NCBI GenBank assembly: GCA_043228905.1
Contig: JBHGNT010000007.1
Span: 2,790,001-2,854,000 of the forward strand
Source of the DNA: Azolla caroliniana
Lineage: Eukaryota; Plantae; Polypodiophyta
DNA length: 64,000 bases
Direction: 5' to 3'
The position numbers were made by a program, and so were the translations under genes. Position 1 is the stretch's first letter. Each line of letters opens with the position of its first letter. This document shows, in pieces, positions 62,500-64,000 of this stretch. Below the pieces are notes generated by a model. The model saw only the letters and a program-made list of their open reading frames with translations. It ran no database searches and had not been told where the DNA came from.

Positions 62500-64000
62500 A
62501 TATAATGGCCTTTATTTGTTGATGACAAGTGTGTTGAGATTGTGGTCCATGATGTTTGGACCAATGTGCACAACAAATTTCCATTGCCCAATCTATTGTA
62601 ACCCCTTTGTCATGTCCTAGTCGGGATCCCATTTGTGTAGCCCTTGATTCACTTGTAGCATGAGCAGGAGTGACGGGGCTAAAGAAAGTTGTTCTTTGTT
62701 GATGAGCTGTGTGGCTGTACTGTTTTCCTTCAACAGCTTCTTCTATGTATCTTGAGTTCTAGCACGAAAAGCCCAAGCGTCAATGGTCCTCACTTTCGAT
62801 TACCTTGCGTAGAATGTCAACCAAAGGCGTTCTTAAAGATGTAATGGTATCTCCCTCTTTTCATAAAAAACAGTATATTGGCAAACATGGCGTTCTTATA
62901 GAGCTATTCAATCTCTGATTGATGTGATAAAGTTCATGGCTGCACAGTGCATAGGATAGTTGTATGTCCGTATAAAGTGGCCTGATGATGAATCCATCCT
63001 CCCATGTGTGTAAAAAGTGTCTTATAGTGGGTCCTTTCCTACCAACTGATGTTTTGGGGCTGATCCATGTTATCATGTTTTCCAAGTTAATAATATTAGT
63101 TTGTTTTCCAAGTTAATGGGGGTAGTGCATTTATGCTATTCCATGTGACTAGAACCATTGTTGCATTTCAGCATGCCAACAATGAACTTCTCCTTGTTCA
63201 GCAAGTTTTTTTATGACAGAACGGCCAACCTTTAGTACTTCCATTTAGGTAGCTCCCAAAGCCGTCGGATACAGGTCACCAATCGGAATAATGGGTCGAG
63301 AATTACTGGGAATGCTCCCACCTCTGCCAGGACTATATCATGGGGTACCGATGCTTTGCTCCTTGTGATGCAGGAAATCACTGAGACCAAAAGTCTCTAA
63401 ATCTTTCCAGTTACTTGCCTTGTTAAGACTCGGTCCCCATGTTTCTACTCCATAGAGAAGAGTTGGTGTTAAAAGTGTATCAAATAGTCACAATTTAGTT
63501 TGTGGCTCTTTGAACACATTTGCAGTTTCAAGAGCACCAAGGGCTGCATATACACAAGAAAGACGTGCATCAAGAGATTACATGTTAAAATGTCGTCTCG
63601 TCTTTGTAAACAACAAACCTAAACTATCACAACCCCTATGCAATGTCCTGGTCGGGAGGCCATTTTTGTAGCCCTTGATTCACTTCCCTGTTATTTTGTT
63701 TTCCAACTTAATACAGTTCGGATCATTCTATTCTTTTCCACTTTGATCATGTTTAGATGGGGAAAATCCAAGCTATATTGGAAGGGGGGTAGTGCATTTA
63801 TGCCATGTGACTTGAACCATTGTTGCATTTCAGCATATCAGCAATGAATATATATGTCCATGTCAGTAAGTTGTTTTGATGACTTAAGTAACAACATTGA
63901 GTACTTTCATTTAAGGAGCTCCTAAAGCAGTTGGATATTGGTCACTGGTCAGAATAATTCCCGGATGATTATTGGGGTTGCTTCCATCTCTAAGATGATC
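62500..64000 (-). mobile_element. Two LINE 3' fragments of the same family in a CalS intron
   Basis: Strong similarity to 42870-43990 (e.g. gggctgatccatgttatc, ttaagactcggtcc, tccaagctatattggaa); the segment restarts at ~63650. Confidence 0.85.

Overview
Plant nuclear DNA, most likely from a fern or other seed-free plant (inferred from the PLS-PPR motif style, a Tcn1-like chromovirus and TE-filled introns). It holds three host genes on the + strand: a single-exon DUF7722-type gene (~2.5-3.2 kb), a 7-exon RopGEF/PRONE gene (~30.1-33.9 kb) and a multi-exon callose synthase (from 40.1 kb, running off the window) whose introns carry LINE, Gypsy, Copia and PPR debris. From ~7 to 27 kb lies a nested transposon island. 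Its most notable part is a 7.2-kb TIR DNA transposon (11130-18348; 30-bp TIRs, ATAT TSD, Sola1-like DDD transposase on the - strand) inserted into a Copia pol gene. It carries a divergently transcribed, intron-containing cargo gene for a ParB/Srx-like domain plus a prokaryote-type beta-class amino (N6-A/N4-C) DNA methyltransferase. This copy is pseudogenised. Also notable: a chromovirus LTR with three tRNA-like Pol III modules and a possible self-priming site, and a TRIM-like non-autonomous element. All calls come from reading and translating by eye; no database searches were run, and family names rest on recalled motifs.
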